The notes under the pieces: model-generated
Database searches by the model: none
Seen by the model: only the letters and a program-made list of their open reading frames with translations
Told to the model about the DNA's origin: nothing
Assembly (NCBI GenBank): GCA_965213675.1
Contig: OZ243916.1
Location: 1,568,001-1,632,000 of the forward strand
Direction of reading: 5' to 3'
Length of the DNA: 64,000 bases
Origin: an uncultured Candidatus Binatia bacterium
GTDB lineage: Bacteria; Desulfobacterota; Binatia; UBA9968; JAJDTQ01
Position numbers and translations under genes: made by a program
Shown here: positions 1 to 9,800 of the stretch, in pieces
Numbering within the stretch: position 1 is the first letter of the stretch
Layout: each line of letters begins with the position of its first letter

Positions 1-528
1 GCCGCGGATACACCCTTCCTGTTCGCGACGATCCCGGCCCGTGACATTTCTGACGCTGATCTGAGTGACGTCCGGGAATGGCTGTGTGCCGCACTTACGT
101 GGGGCGGGGCAGGCGCCAAGACGATGATCGGTTACGGCCGTTTCGAGAGCAGCGAGCACGAAACGACCAGTTTGAGGGACAAACTGCGCAAGCGCAAAGA
201 AGATCTCGAAACGCTGATGCAAGCCGAACGTACGGCCAGGGAGCGTGAGGAGCGGTTGGCAACCCTCAGTCCTACGGAGCGCGAGATCGAGGAATTGCTC
301 AATGAGCGTCAGGACAGAAACATGCATGAAATCACCGCCGTCATGCAGGTGATCGAGAGCGGACGTTGGACTGGAGAAGCCAGGACTGAAGCCGCACGGT
401 GGCTGGAGAACCGGATGAAGGGTGCGAAGCGATGGAAGGAAACCAGCCAGAAAAAACGCCCTGCCAAGGACCGGGACCATCAGAACACGTTACGCGTCAT
501 GCGCTGGCTGCGGGGCGAAGCATCGTGA
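1..528 (+). CDS. cmr6: Type III-B CRISPR RAMP protein Cmr6, 5'-partial (gene starts upstream of the window)
   Basis: Frame 1 is open from base 1: AADTPFLFAT...EWLCAALTWGGAGAKTMIGYGRF. This is the F-x-F...L..AL...G.GAKT..GYG.F glycine-rich loop of Cmr6, followed by a charged helical C-terminal extension. The ORF track starts it late, at 124. Confidence 0.85.
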   Translation, partial: AADTPFLFATIPARDISDADLSDVREWLCAALTWGGAGAKTMIGYGRFESSEHETTSLRDKLRKRKEDLETLMQAERTAREREERLATLSPTEREIEELLNERQDRNMHEITAVMQVIESGRWTGEARTEAARWLENRMKGAKRWKETSQKKRPAKDRDHQNTLRVMRWLRGEAS

Positions 529-558
529 GGGGCCGCATCGGGTGCCTCAACACTGACC

Positions 559-3500
559 TTGCCTGACGAAGTGAACCCCGTGACCGAGTTGACCGCAACC
601 AACTTCGTCGACTTCTTCACAGCGTCGTGGGGCCATCCGCCCTTTGCATGGCAGCGGACCTTGGCGGAGCGCGTGCTGGAACGTACCGAGGCCCCGTGGC
701 CCGAGGCGATCGCTCTACCGACGGCTTCCGGCAAGACCGCTTGCATGGATGTCGCCGTGTTCGCGTTGGCGGCGCAAGCGTCGCGGATGGCGTCCAAGCA
801 GACCATCACTATGCCTCGCCGCATCTTCTTCGTGGTGGACCGGCGCGTGATCGTGGACGAGGCGTATGAACGCGCCAGACGATTGGCCCAGAAACTGGAT
901 GAAGCGGATGAGGGTATCGTCAAGAGCGTCGCGGACAATCTTCGGCAGATCGCCCACGGCGAACCAGAGGGATACGATCACGAGCGACCGCTGGCTGCCC
1001 ACTTGTTACGCGGCGGGATGTACCGCTCCGAAGCCTGGGCGCGGAATCCGTTGCAACCGACTGTGGTCGCATCCACCGTTGACCAGATCGGCTCTCGCCT
1101 GCTGTTCCGCGCCTATGGACGCGGCTCCGGCACTTGGCCGATCTATGCGGGACTCATCGCCAACGACAGCCTCATCCTGCTCGACGAGGCGCACTGCGCT
1201 CAACCGTTTCTTCAGACCCTGCGGGCGGTTCGACGTTTTCAGACTTGGGGGCATACCCCGCTCAAGCGATTCTTCTGTCCCGTGGTCATATCCGCCACGC
1301 CGCCCGCAGGAATAACGGACGTATTCGAGGACCGGTCCGATGAACGTTCCGATCCGCTTCATCCGCTCGGCCGGCGGCAAACCGCGCATAAGCCGGCGGT
1401 CCTGGAGACAGTCGAGAAAGCCAAAGGAAACCGAGCCACGCATGTGTTGGCTCAGGCTTTGGCCGATGCAGCAACCGGCTTGGTCAGTGAACAACGTCGA
1501 GCGATCGTGATATTCGCCAACCGCGTGGCCACGGCGCGGGAGACTCACCGGCTATTACGGAACGATTACGGAGACCGTGCGATCTTGCTCACCGGCCGTA
1601 TGCGCCCCGTGGATCGAGACGCCGTCGTTCAACAGCGTTTGACGCCCCTTTACTCTCATCGGTCAGAGCAACGCGTACTGAAAGAGCCGCTGGTTGTCGT
1701 AGCTACGCAGACCCTGGAAGTCGGTGCAGACCTTGATTTCGACGGTCTTGTCACGGAATGCTCAAGTCTTGACGCCCTGCGTCAACGCTTCGGCCGCTTG
1801 AACCGCATGGGACGGGCCATCGAAGCGCGAGCAAGGATTCTTGTCCGCGGAGACCAGGCTCACGCGGCCTCGGAAAATCCGGAGTCGGCGAAACAGAAGA
1901 CACGGATGGACGACGACCCGGTTTACGGTGCAGCCTTGGCCCGGACGTGGACGTGGCTCAACATGCACAAGGACGACGGGGATGCGATCGACTTCGGAAT
2001 CATCCATCTCGAACAGCAATTGACGGATGGCGGGTCCCTCGCGGCCCTTGACGCCCCGGCCCGTGACGCCGCGGTGATGCTTCCCGCCCACCTCGATTGC
2101 TGGGCGCAGACGGCCCCGGTCCCATGCCCGTCCCCTGACGTCGGCCTGTTCCTGCACGGCCCGCGCGAAGGAGTGGCTGACATTCAGGTCTGCTGGCGCG
2201 CGGACCTGGATCTGATCGGGGAACAGGAAACGGCGCTGGAGTTGCTATCCTTGTGCCCACCGAGCAGCAACGAAACCCTGCCCGTGCCCATCGGCGTGTT
2301 CCGGCGATGGCTGGCGCGGGGAGATGTCGAAGACGACAGTGCGGACGTGGAGGGAATCGAGGGAATCGGCACGGAGGACGATAGCGACAGAAAAAGTGCA
2401 CCGGTGGTCCGGTGGCGCGGGGCAGACACCGGCCGGGACGACATCACGGACGATCCCAAGGCCATTCGACCCGGCGACGTGATCGTGATTCCGGCCAGCC
2501 ATCCGGGACAGGCGCGCCAACTCGGCGACGTGCCGCCCGACGCTGCCCTCGACGTGGGTGACGAGGCTTATCGTCGCGCCCGTGCCAAATCCATCCTTCG
2601 GCTTCATCCGGCGCTCGTGAACGATTGGCCGGACTTCATCCCGGCGCAGACAGCCGCAGCCGAACTGCTGAAGAGTCTCGAGCAGAAGATGGAGTGCGAG
2701 GACGATTCGAACGACGTGGGTGATGCCTTGCGGGAGATACTGGCGGAGTTGGCCGCCTCGGAACCGACTTCGGAACGGTGGGCCTGGCTGCCGAAAACAG
2801 CCGGAGAGTTGCTGGAAGAGTACCGAAGCGGCGGGTTGGACCGCGCCTGCCGGATTGTCGGCAACGAAAGCATCGTCCTCGTCGGGCATCGCCACCTACG
2901 TCACCTCGCCCACGAAGCCGACAACTTCAGCGACGAGGATGACGCCGCCGCATCCGGCATTTCGCACCGGGACGGAGAACCTGTCCTGCTCGAAAAACAT
3001 CTTCCGGGGGTGGAAACGTTCGCCCGGCGTCACGCCGTGGGCTGTGGACTGCCGGATGAACTGGCGGATGCCGTGGCGCGGGCGGGGCTGTTGCACGATC
3101 TGGGCAAGGCCGACCGACGGTTTCAGTCCATGTTGCGCGGCGGCGCCCTCTGGTCCGACGGGCTGCTCCTGGCGAAATCCTCACGAATGCCCAAAACCCG
3201 AGCGGCCCGCGGTCGTGCGCACGCGGAATCCGGCTATCCCAGACGAGGCCGGCACGAATTGCTCTCAGTGCGTATGGCCGAGACCGCTTCGGCGCTTTTG
3301 CCCAAGGACGAGGAACTGCGCGACGTGGTTCTGCACCTGGTTGCCAGCCATCACGGCTACTGTCGGCCGTTCGCTCCCGTGGTATCTGATCCCGAGGGCG
3401 TGGAGGTTGAGTATGAACTGAACGGGTCGAAGATGTGCTGGTCCGGCCCTACCGGCCTTGAGCGCCTCGATTCCGGCATCGCAGACCGCTACTGGAGATT

Positions 3501-3606
3501 GGTGAGGCGCTATGGCTGGTGGGGCGTGGCTTGGCTGGAAGCCTTGTTGCGACTGGCAGACTGGCGGCGAAGCGAATGGGAGGAGACGCACGGTGCCGAC
3601 GAGTGA
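559..3606 (+). CDS. cas3: Type I-G (I-U) Cas3 helicase/nuclease with C-terminal HD domain
   Basis: PFAWQ, Walker A-like LPTASGKT, VVDRRVIVD, STVDQIGSRLLFRAYG, DEAH, ATQTLEVGADLDFD and QRFGRLNR are present. HD motifs lie at the C-terminus (KHL, LLHDLGKAD, RHE, SHHG, RLAD), which is the I-G arrangement. The start codon is uncertain (559/571/580). Confidence 0.95.
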   Translation: MPDEVNPVTELTATNFVDFFTASWGHPPFAWQRTLAERVLERTEAPWPEAIALPTASGKTACMDVAVFALAAQASRMASKQTITMPRRIFFVVDRRVIVDEAYERARRLAQKLDEADEGIVKSVADNLRQIAHGEPEGYDHERPLAAHLLRGGMYRSEAWARNPLQPTVVASTVDQIGSRLLFRAYGRGSGTWPIYAGLIANDSLILLDEAHCAQPFLQTLRAVRRFQTWGHTPLKRFFCPVVISATPPAGITDVFEDRSDERSDPLHPLGRRQTAHKPAVLETVEKAKGNRATHVLAQALADAATGLVSEQRRAIVIFANRVATARETHRLLRNDYGDRAILLTGRMRPVDRDAVVQQRLTPLYSHRSEQRVLKEPLVVVATQTLEVGADLDFDGLVTECSSLDALRQRFGRLNRMGRAIEARARILVRGDQAHAASENPESAKQKTRMDDDPVYGAALARTWTWLNMHKDDGDAIDFGIIHLEQQLTDGGSLAALDAPARDAAVMLPAHLDCWAQTAPVPCPSPDVGLFLHGPREGVADIQVCWRADLDLIGEQETALELLSLCPPSSNETLPVPIGVFRRWLARGDVEDDSADVEGIEGIGTEDDSDRKSAPVVRWRGADTGRDDITDDPKAIRPGDVIVIPASHPGQARQLGDVPPDAALDVGDEAYRRARAKSILRLHPALVNDWPDFIPAQTAAAELLKSLEQKMECEDDSNDVGDALREILAELAASEPTSERWAWLPKTAGELLEEYRSGGLDRACRIVGNESIVLVGHRHLRHLAHEADNFSDEDDAAASGISHRDGEPVLLEKHLPGVETFARRHAVGCGLPDELADAVARAGLLHDLGKADRRFQSMLRGGALWSDGLLLAKSSRMPKTRAARGRAHAESGYPRRGRHELLSVRMAETASALLPKDEELRDVVLHLVASHHGYCRPFAPVVSDPEGVEVEYELNGSKMCWSGPTGLERLDSGIADRYWRLVRRYGWWGVAWLEALLRLADWRRSEWEETHGADE

Positions 3607-4525
3607 ATTGCCTCCAGGAATTCTACTGGGCGGGATCGACGGGAGCAATCCGCTCGGGTTTCTTGCGGCCATCGGGACGTTGCGGATGGCGACCCGTGCG
3701 TCCCCCTCATCCAACTGGCACCTTCAGTGGCAGGTGTGTGACGGGACATGGACGCCAAAACTGCTGGGGTACGATTCGTTTTCAGAAGACGACCTGATCG
3801 ATCTGCTGATGCCGCCGCTCGAGAAAGCGAAGGACCAACCCGCGCTGACATTTGCCCAGAATCTCAACGTCAGTTGTGAACGGTTCAGAGCCGTAACCGA
3901 AAGAGCCCAGGCAGCAGCCACTCTCACAGATAGGGACGAGGCCGACTTTGTGGCGGCGTTCGGCTGCGAGAGCATGCCCGTTTCAGGCAAGGACCCGACC
4001 ATCCAGGACACCGCGCTGAGAACCATGAGCGGTGCCGGCCATCAACACTTTCTCGGTTCCATGCTGGAACTGACTCAAACGACGGGGCCGGACCATCTAC
4101 GTGCTTCGTTGTTTTTTCCATGGCGGTACTCGGACGACAGACCGAACCTGCGCTGGGACCCCGTGGACGACCGCCGGTATGCCTTGCGTTGGAACGAGCC
4201 CTCGGGCGACCCGGTACGAACCATGCGGGGCGCCAACCGTCTGGCGGTCGAAGCTCTCCCCCTTTTCCCTACCGCTGCCGGAGAAACTCGACTTCAAACA
4301 ACGGGATTTTCGCAACGGCGCCGCGAAGGTGTATTGTTCACATGGCCGATATGGAACTTGCCTTTGAACATCGACACTGTTCGCTCCGTGCTCAGTCTGC
4401 CCGAGTTGCAAGAGCCAAGGCCGAACCGTGACGGACTGTTGGCGATGGGTATCGTCGAGATTTATCAGAGTGAACGAATTACCAGGGACAAGTACCGCAA
4501 CTTCACCGCGGCAACACCCACATGA
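3593..4525 (+). CDS. cas8g: Type I-G large subunit, short Cas8g / Cas8u2-like ('Cas3-extension' family)
   Basis: GIDGSNPLGFLAAIGTLR at the N-terminus, LRWDPVDDRRYALRW and GANRLAVEALPLFP. The GTG at 3593 follows GGAGGA and overlaps the end of cas3. Confidence 0.8.
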   Translation: MPTSELPPGILLGGIDGSNPLGFLAAIGTLRMATRASPSSNWHLQWQVCDGTWTPKLLGYDSFSEDDLIDLLMPPLEKAKDQPALTFAQNLNVSCERFRAVTERAQAAATLTDRDEADFVAAFGCESMPVSGKDPTIQDTALRTMSGAGHQHFLGSMLELTQTTGPDHLRASLFFPWRYSDDRPNLRWDPVDDRRYALRWNEPSGDPVRTMRGANRLAVEALPLFPTAAGETRLQTTGFSQRRREGVLFTWPIWNLPLNIDTVRSVLSLPELQEPRPNRDGLLAMGIVEIYQSERITRDKYRNFTAATPT

Positions 4526-4579
4526 CACAGAGCGTACGGCCTTGAATGGCTTTCCGTTCCCTGTATTGCTCTTCCTCGC

Positions 4580-6292
4580 ATGACTTCTGACGAACAACTC
4601 ACCCTGGCCCTGCCACCGCCTCCGGCCACCGGCGACACGCCGCTTGTCCCGGTCCGCATGATCAACGAATGGGTCTACTGCCCGCGTCTCGCCTACCTGG
4701 AATGGGTGGAGGGAGAATGGGCCGACAGCCAGGCCACGGCGGAGGGAAGACGCGCCCACGCACGGGTCGACGAAGGCGGTGGGCGGCTGCCTGCGCCGGA
4801 AGAACTCGACGAGGACCTTGCCCGCGCCAGGGCAGTCACCCTGTCCTCGGAACGCCTGGGCATCATCGCGAAGATGGACGTGGTGGAGGCTGACGGAGAA
4901 TCGGCCACGCCGGTGGACTTCAAGAAAGGCAAGAGGCCGCATGTGGCCGCTGGCGCTTATGAGCCCGAGCGGGTTCAAGTCTGCGCCCAAGCCATGATCC
5001 TGGAGGACAACGGCTACCGGGTGGAGCGGGGCGCTTTGTGGTACGCCGGCTCACGAGAACGTGTGCCGGTGGCGCTGGACCCCGAGCTGCGGGCGCGGAC
5101 CCTGGAAGCCATATCGGGCCTGCGCGCGGCTGCTGCTTCGGGTCGCCGCCCGCCGCCTCTGCAGAACAGCCCCAAGTGCCCGCGCTGCTCCCTCGCCGGC
5201 ATCTGCTTGCCGGACGAGACCAACCTGTTCCGCAAGGGTTATCCGCCTCGCCAGCTCAACCCTTCGGACAACCCGGCGCTGCCGCTCTACGTACAGACCC
5301 CAGGCGCAAAACTGCGCAAGAGTGGCGAACAGTTGGTCGTCGAAGTGGAGGAAGAGAAAGTGGAGGTGCCGATGATCGACGTGTCCCAAGTGGCGTTGTT
5401 CGGCCCGGTTTCCGTGACCACGCCGGCGCTTCACGCCCTGATGCGCGCCGAGGTTCCGGTTTCGTGGTTCTCAACCGGGGGATGGTTCCTCGGCCACACG
5501 GTGAGCACCGGGAACGGCAACGTGGCGGTGCGCGAGGCCCAGTACCGTTTCGCCTTCGATGAAGGCCGCAGTCTCGCCTTCTCTCGTGACTTGGTCGCGG
5601 CCAAGATACGCAACTCACGGACCCTGTTGCGCCGCAACTGGCGCGACGACCGGGAAGCAGGCGACAAGGCTGAGGCGTTGGAACGGCTGAGACGGCTGGC
5701 CCAACGTGCAACCTACACGGAAAATGCTCAACAACTATTGGGTATGGAGGGTGAGGCCGCGGCCATCTACTTCGCCCGCTTCGAGAACATGCTCGCGCCC
5801 AACGCGGATGAAGGCGTGGCAGCCTTCTCCTTCTCGACGCGCAACCGGCGTCCGCCTACGGACCCTGTAAACGCCATGCTGTCGCTGGCCTATGCCCTTC
5901 TGACACGGACCTTGACCACCGCGATCTCGGCGACGGGACTCGACCCCTACATGGGACTGTACCACCGGCCGCGGCACGGCCGCCCGGCCCTGGCCCTCGA
6001 CCTCATGGAGCCGTTCCGGCCCATTGTCGCCGATTCATGCGTGATCCAGGCCGTCAACAACGGCGAGGTCAAACCAAGCGATTTCGTTTTCAACGGGCCG
6101 AGTTGTGCGCTCAAGCCGGGCGGTCGCAAGGCGTTCATGGCGGCCTTCGAGCGCCGCATGGAACAGGAAACCACGCATCCGGTGTTCGGCTACCGCGTGT
6201 CCATGCGGCGGTTGATGGATGTGCAAGCGCGGCTGCTCGCCCGGCATTTCCAGGGAGAGATCCAGGCGTATCCGCACTATCTGCCCCGGTGA
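4580..6292 (+). CDS. cas4/cas1: Cas4-Cas1 fusion
   Basis: Cas4 part: YCPR, D...DFKKG, QxxxxA and C..C.....C (KCPRCSLAGIC). Cas1 part: LLGMEGEAAAIYF, RNRRPPTDPVNAMLS, GLDPY.G.YH and LALDLMEPFR. Confidence 0.97.
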   Translation: MTSDEQLTLALPPPPATGDTPLVPVRMINEWVYCPRLAYLEWVEGEWADSQATAEGRRAHARVDEGGGRLPAPEELDEDLARARAVTLSSERLGIIAKMDVVEADGESATPVDFKKGKRPHVAAGAYEPERVQVCAQAMILEDNGYRVERGALWYAGSRERVPVALDPELRARTLEAISGLRAAAASGRRPPPLQNSPKCPRCSLAGICLPDETNLFRKGYPPRQLNPSDNPALPLYVQTPGAKLRKSGEQLVVEVEEEKVEVPMIDVSQVALFGPVSVTTPALHALMRAEVPVSWFSTGGWFLGHTVSTGNGNVAVREAQYRFAFDEGRSLAFSRDLVAAKIRNSRTLLRRNWRDDREAGDKAEALERLRRLAQRATYTENAQQLLGMEGEAAAIYFARFENMLAPNADEGVAAFSFSTRNRRPPTDPVNAMLSLAYALLTRTLTTAISATGLDPYMGLYHRPRHGRPALALDLMEPFRPIVADSCVIQAVNNGEVKPSDFVFNGPSCALKPGGRKAFMAAFERRMEQETTHPVFGYRVSMRRLMDVQARLLARHFQGEIQAYPHYLPR

Positions 6293-6298
6293 ACTGCC

Positions 6299-6592
6299 AT
6301 GGCCAATGAGCGTCTCTACATAGTGACTTACGACATCGCCGAGCCCAAGCGCTGGCAAAAGATATTCAAGACCATGAAGGGATACGGTCACTGGCTCCAA
6401 CTGTCGGTCTTTCAGTGTCGGCTCACGGCGCGCCGGCGCGCTGAGATGGCCATGCGCTTGGAAGACCTGATCCGGCCCTCGGAGGATCACATCCTGATCG
6501 TCGACCTCGGTCCCGCCGACAGCGTCGACCCGCGCGTCGAGAGCCTGGGCAAGAGCTACGAGGCGCCGGACCGTCGAGCCACGATCGTTTAG
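6299..6592 (+). CDS. cas2: CRISPR-associated endoribonuclease Cas2
   Basis: YIVTYDI...KRW...GYGHWLQLSVFQC; 97 aa, directly after cas1. Confidence 0.96.
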   Translation: MANERLYIVTYDIAEPKRWQKIFKTMKGYGHWLQLSVFQCRLTARRRAEMAMRLEDLIRPSEDHILIVDLGPADSVDPRVESLGKSYEAPDRRATIV

Positions 6593-6801
6593 GGATCTGA
6601 GGTGCCGAGCCTCTTTCAACCGCTCCCGTAAGGGCAAAATACCGGACAGTGCTCGCAACCTGTTTTTTGTTGTAGGATAAGGAGATATCCAGCTTGGCGT
6701 GGGACTTTCGAGACAGCTTCTGGTACTCTGCGGAACAAGGACCCCCAGCGCTCGCGTTCAGCAAAAATATGCCAGCCCCAAAGGGAAGTTCAGAGGGGGC
6801 T
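6593..6801 (+). promoter_or_regulatory. CRISPR leader
   Basis: About 210-bp non-coding, less GC-rich segment (T-tract near 6661-6670, A-tract near 6763) between cas2 and the first repeat. Confidence 0.75.
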
Positions 6802-9800
6802 GATTCCGAGGCGTGATTGCCTCGGCCTCATTGAAGCTTGATCAGCGGCTTTGACTTTTTCTGGAATGCCATGTGATTCCGAGGCGTGATTGCCTCGGCC
6901 TCATTGAAGCCTACTCCCTAGTTATGGGCCATGCGGCCCGCCATCAATGATTCCGAGGCGTGATTGCCTCGGCCTCATTGAAGCATTGCGACGGGCCGAT
7001 AGGCACAACGAAGTGGTGTAGATTCCGAGGCGTGATTGCCTCGGCCTCATTGAAGCAACCACCCCGGGCACTTCAGGAGATCGTAGAGGCGCTGGGATTC
7101 CGAGGCGTGATTGCCTCGGCCTCATTGAAGCCGGTACACCTTTGGTCGTTTTGGAACGCTTGGCATTCGATTCCGAGGCGTGATTGCCTCGGCCTCATTG
7201 AAGCCAGATGTCCACGGTCCTCGAACGAACCAAGATCGAACAAGGATTCCGAGGCGTGATTGCCTCGGCCTCATTGAAGCCTGGCGCCAGGCCATCTGGG
7301 CCTGCTTGCTGCGCCGATTCCGAGGCGTGATTGCCTCGGCCTCATTGAAGCTTGAGAACGCCGAGGATCGCGCGTTCCAACGCGGACATGATTCCGAGGC
7401 GTGATTGCCTCGGCCTCATTGAAGCCATGAAATCGCACGGTATACCGGACTTACTACGTCCAGATTCCGAGGCGTGATTGCCTCGGCCTCATTGAAGCGC
7501 ACTGGGGATCCTTGGGCTGTAGCCCACACCCATCCTGATTCCGAGGCGTGATTGCCTCGGCCTCATTGAAGCGATGAGGGCTTGCGCGACAAGTTCAATG
7601 CCGGTGGACGATTCCGAGGCGTGATTGCCTCGGCCTCATTGAAGCGACCAGGTGGTTGAACTGTGCCAGCTGGGTGAAGCTCGATTCCGAGGCGTGATTG
7701 CCTCGGCCTCATTGAAGCACGAGGAACTCGCCGTGGCCGTGGGCGCCGCAACCGAGAAGATTCCGAGGCGTGATTGCCTCGGCCTCATTGAAGCTCGTCC
7801 AGCACCACGATCCCTTGCCGTTCGAGATCGAGGATTCCGAGGCGTGATTGCCTCGGCCTCATTGAAGCTACCGCCCGGCGCGCCGCCGCGAACACCGGGA
7901 TCCCCTGATTCCGAGGCGTGATTGCCTCGGCCTCATTGAAGCCGGATGTTCGGTTTACCAAGAATGGCGCGCTTCCAGGGCGATTCCGAGGCGTGATTGC
8001 CTCGGCCTCATTGAAGCCAGTTCTACCAGCGCGAGGGCGCGATCACAGACAGGATTCCGAGGCGTGATTGCCTCGGCCTCATTGAAGCCGACTACGCCGA
8101 ATATACGATCCCGGAGTTGATCCGGGAAGATTCCGAGGCGTGATTGCCTCGGCCTCATTGAAGCATGTGGGACGGGTTTGGGGTAGTCGAGTCGCGTGTA
8201 GAGATTCCGAGGCGTGATTGCCTCGGCCTCATTGAAGCTTCTGCCGCACGTCGAAGGACGAGTAGAAGTAGCGCTGATTCCGAGGCGTGATTGCCTCGGC
8301 CTCATTGAAGCGCGCATATTTAGGGGGGGGGTATGTGTTTTTGCGGTTGATTCCGAGGCGTGATTGCCTCGGCCTCATTGAAGCAATAGCAGTTTTGATT
8401 GCTGCCATCGCCTTCTCTCGCGATTCCGAGGCGTGATTGCCTCGGCCTCATTGAAGCCACGGCCACGCAATGGGCAGAAATCGAGCGGGCGTCGATTCCG
8501 AGGCGTGATTGCCTCGGCCTCATTGAAGCTACGGGCACGAAGCCCATGTGTTCCCGGAGAATGGGGATTCCGAGGCGTGATTGCCTCGGCCTCATTGAAG
8601 CGGGCATGGGATTAGGTTTGTGCCAGATGATTTCCGAGATTCCGAGGCGTGATTGCCTCGGCCTCATTGAAGCATCCCGCCCTTCATGGACTTCGTGCCG
8701 TTCATCAAGATTCCGAGGCGTGATTGCCTCGGCCTCATTGAAGCGAACTCCCATGGCGCCGTTGCATGGGTCCGGGTCCAAGGGGATTCCGAGGCGTGAT
8801 TGCCTCGGCCTCATTGAAGCGAACTCCCATGGCGCCGTTGCATGGGTCCGGGTCCAAGGGGATTCCGAGGCGTGATTGCCTCGGCCTCATTGAAGCGATC
8901 ATTTCTTCCTCCTACTAGGCCTGATGTCGGGCCGATTCCGAGGCGTGATTGCCTCGGCCTCATTGAAGCCACTTCCGGCAACCCTTCAATGCCGTTCTCG
9001 TAGAGATTCCGAGGCGTGATTGCCTCGGCCTCATTGAAGCGGCGCCAGCTTCTTGATTTTCTCGAAGATCAGCCGCGAGGATTCCGAGGCGTGATTGCCT
9101 CGGCCTCATTGAAGCGTACGTGCGAGCGTGTACACCTCCCGGTTTGACAGGGGGATTCCGAGGCGTGATTGCCTCGGCCTCATTGAAGCCCTCATTGTCA
9201 TCAGAGTATAGCGGATGCCTTCGGGCGATTCCGAGGCGTGATTGCCTCGGCCTCATTGAAGCTACTTCCACATCCACGCGTGCTCTGGATCGTCCGCGGG
9301 ATTCCGAGGCGTGATTGCCTCGGCCTCATTGAAGCGCGCTCTGCCACATTACGACTTGCATCGTGGTTTTCCTGATTCCGAGGCGTGATTGCCTCGGCCT
9401 CATTGAAGCTGACATTCATGTTTCTGTAAGGAGGAGATATGAGACGATTCCGAGGCGTGATTGCCTCGGCCTCATTGAAGCGTTTTGCCCGCGGCGCCGG
9501 TCTGATCCCACGGCAGCGATTCCGAGGCGTGATTGCCTCGGCCTCATTGAAGCGCCATGAGATCGTCCATCGTGTCGCGGTACCGGTCGTGATTCCGAGG
9601 CGTGATTGCCTCGGCCTCATTGAAGCAACGGCGATGCGTCGACGATGATTTCCAGAGCTTCCTCGATTCCGAGGCGTGATTGCCTCGGCCTCATTGAAGC
9701 GTACACGTCGCGGCCCTGACGGCGGGCGACGTGCAGCGGATTCCGAGGCGTGATTGCCTCGGCCTCATTGAAGCATTGACCAGTGGATCGGAGACTGGGT

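Noticed and set aside
3512-3592. Longer N-terminus for cas8g given by the ORF track
   Set aside because: It overlaps the cas3 HD region. The GTG at 3593 has an RBS and matches where family similarity begins.
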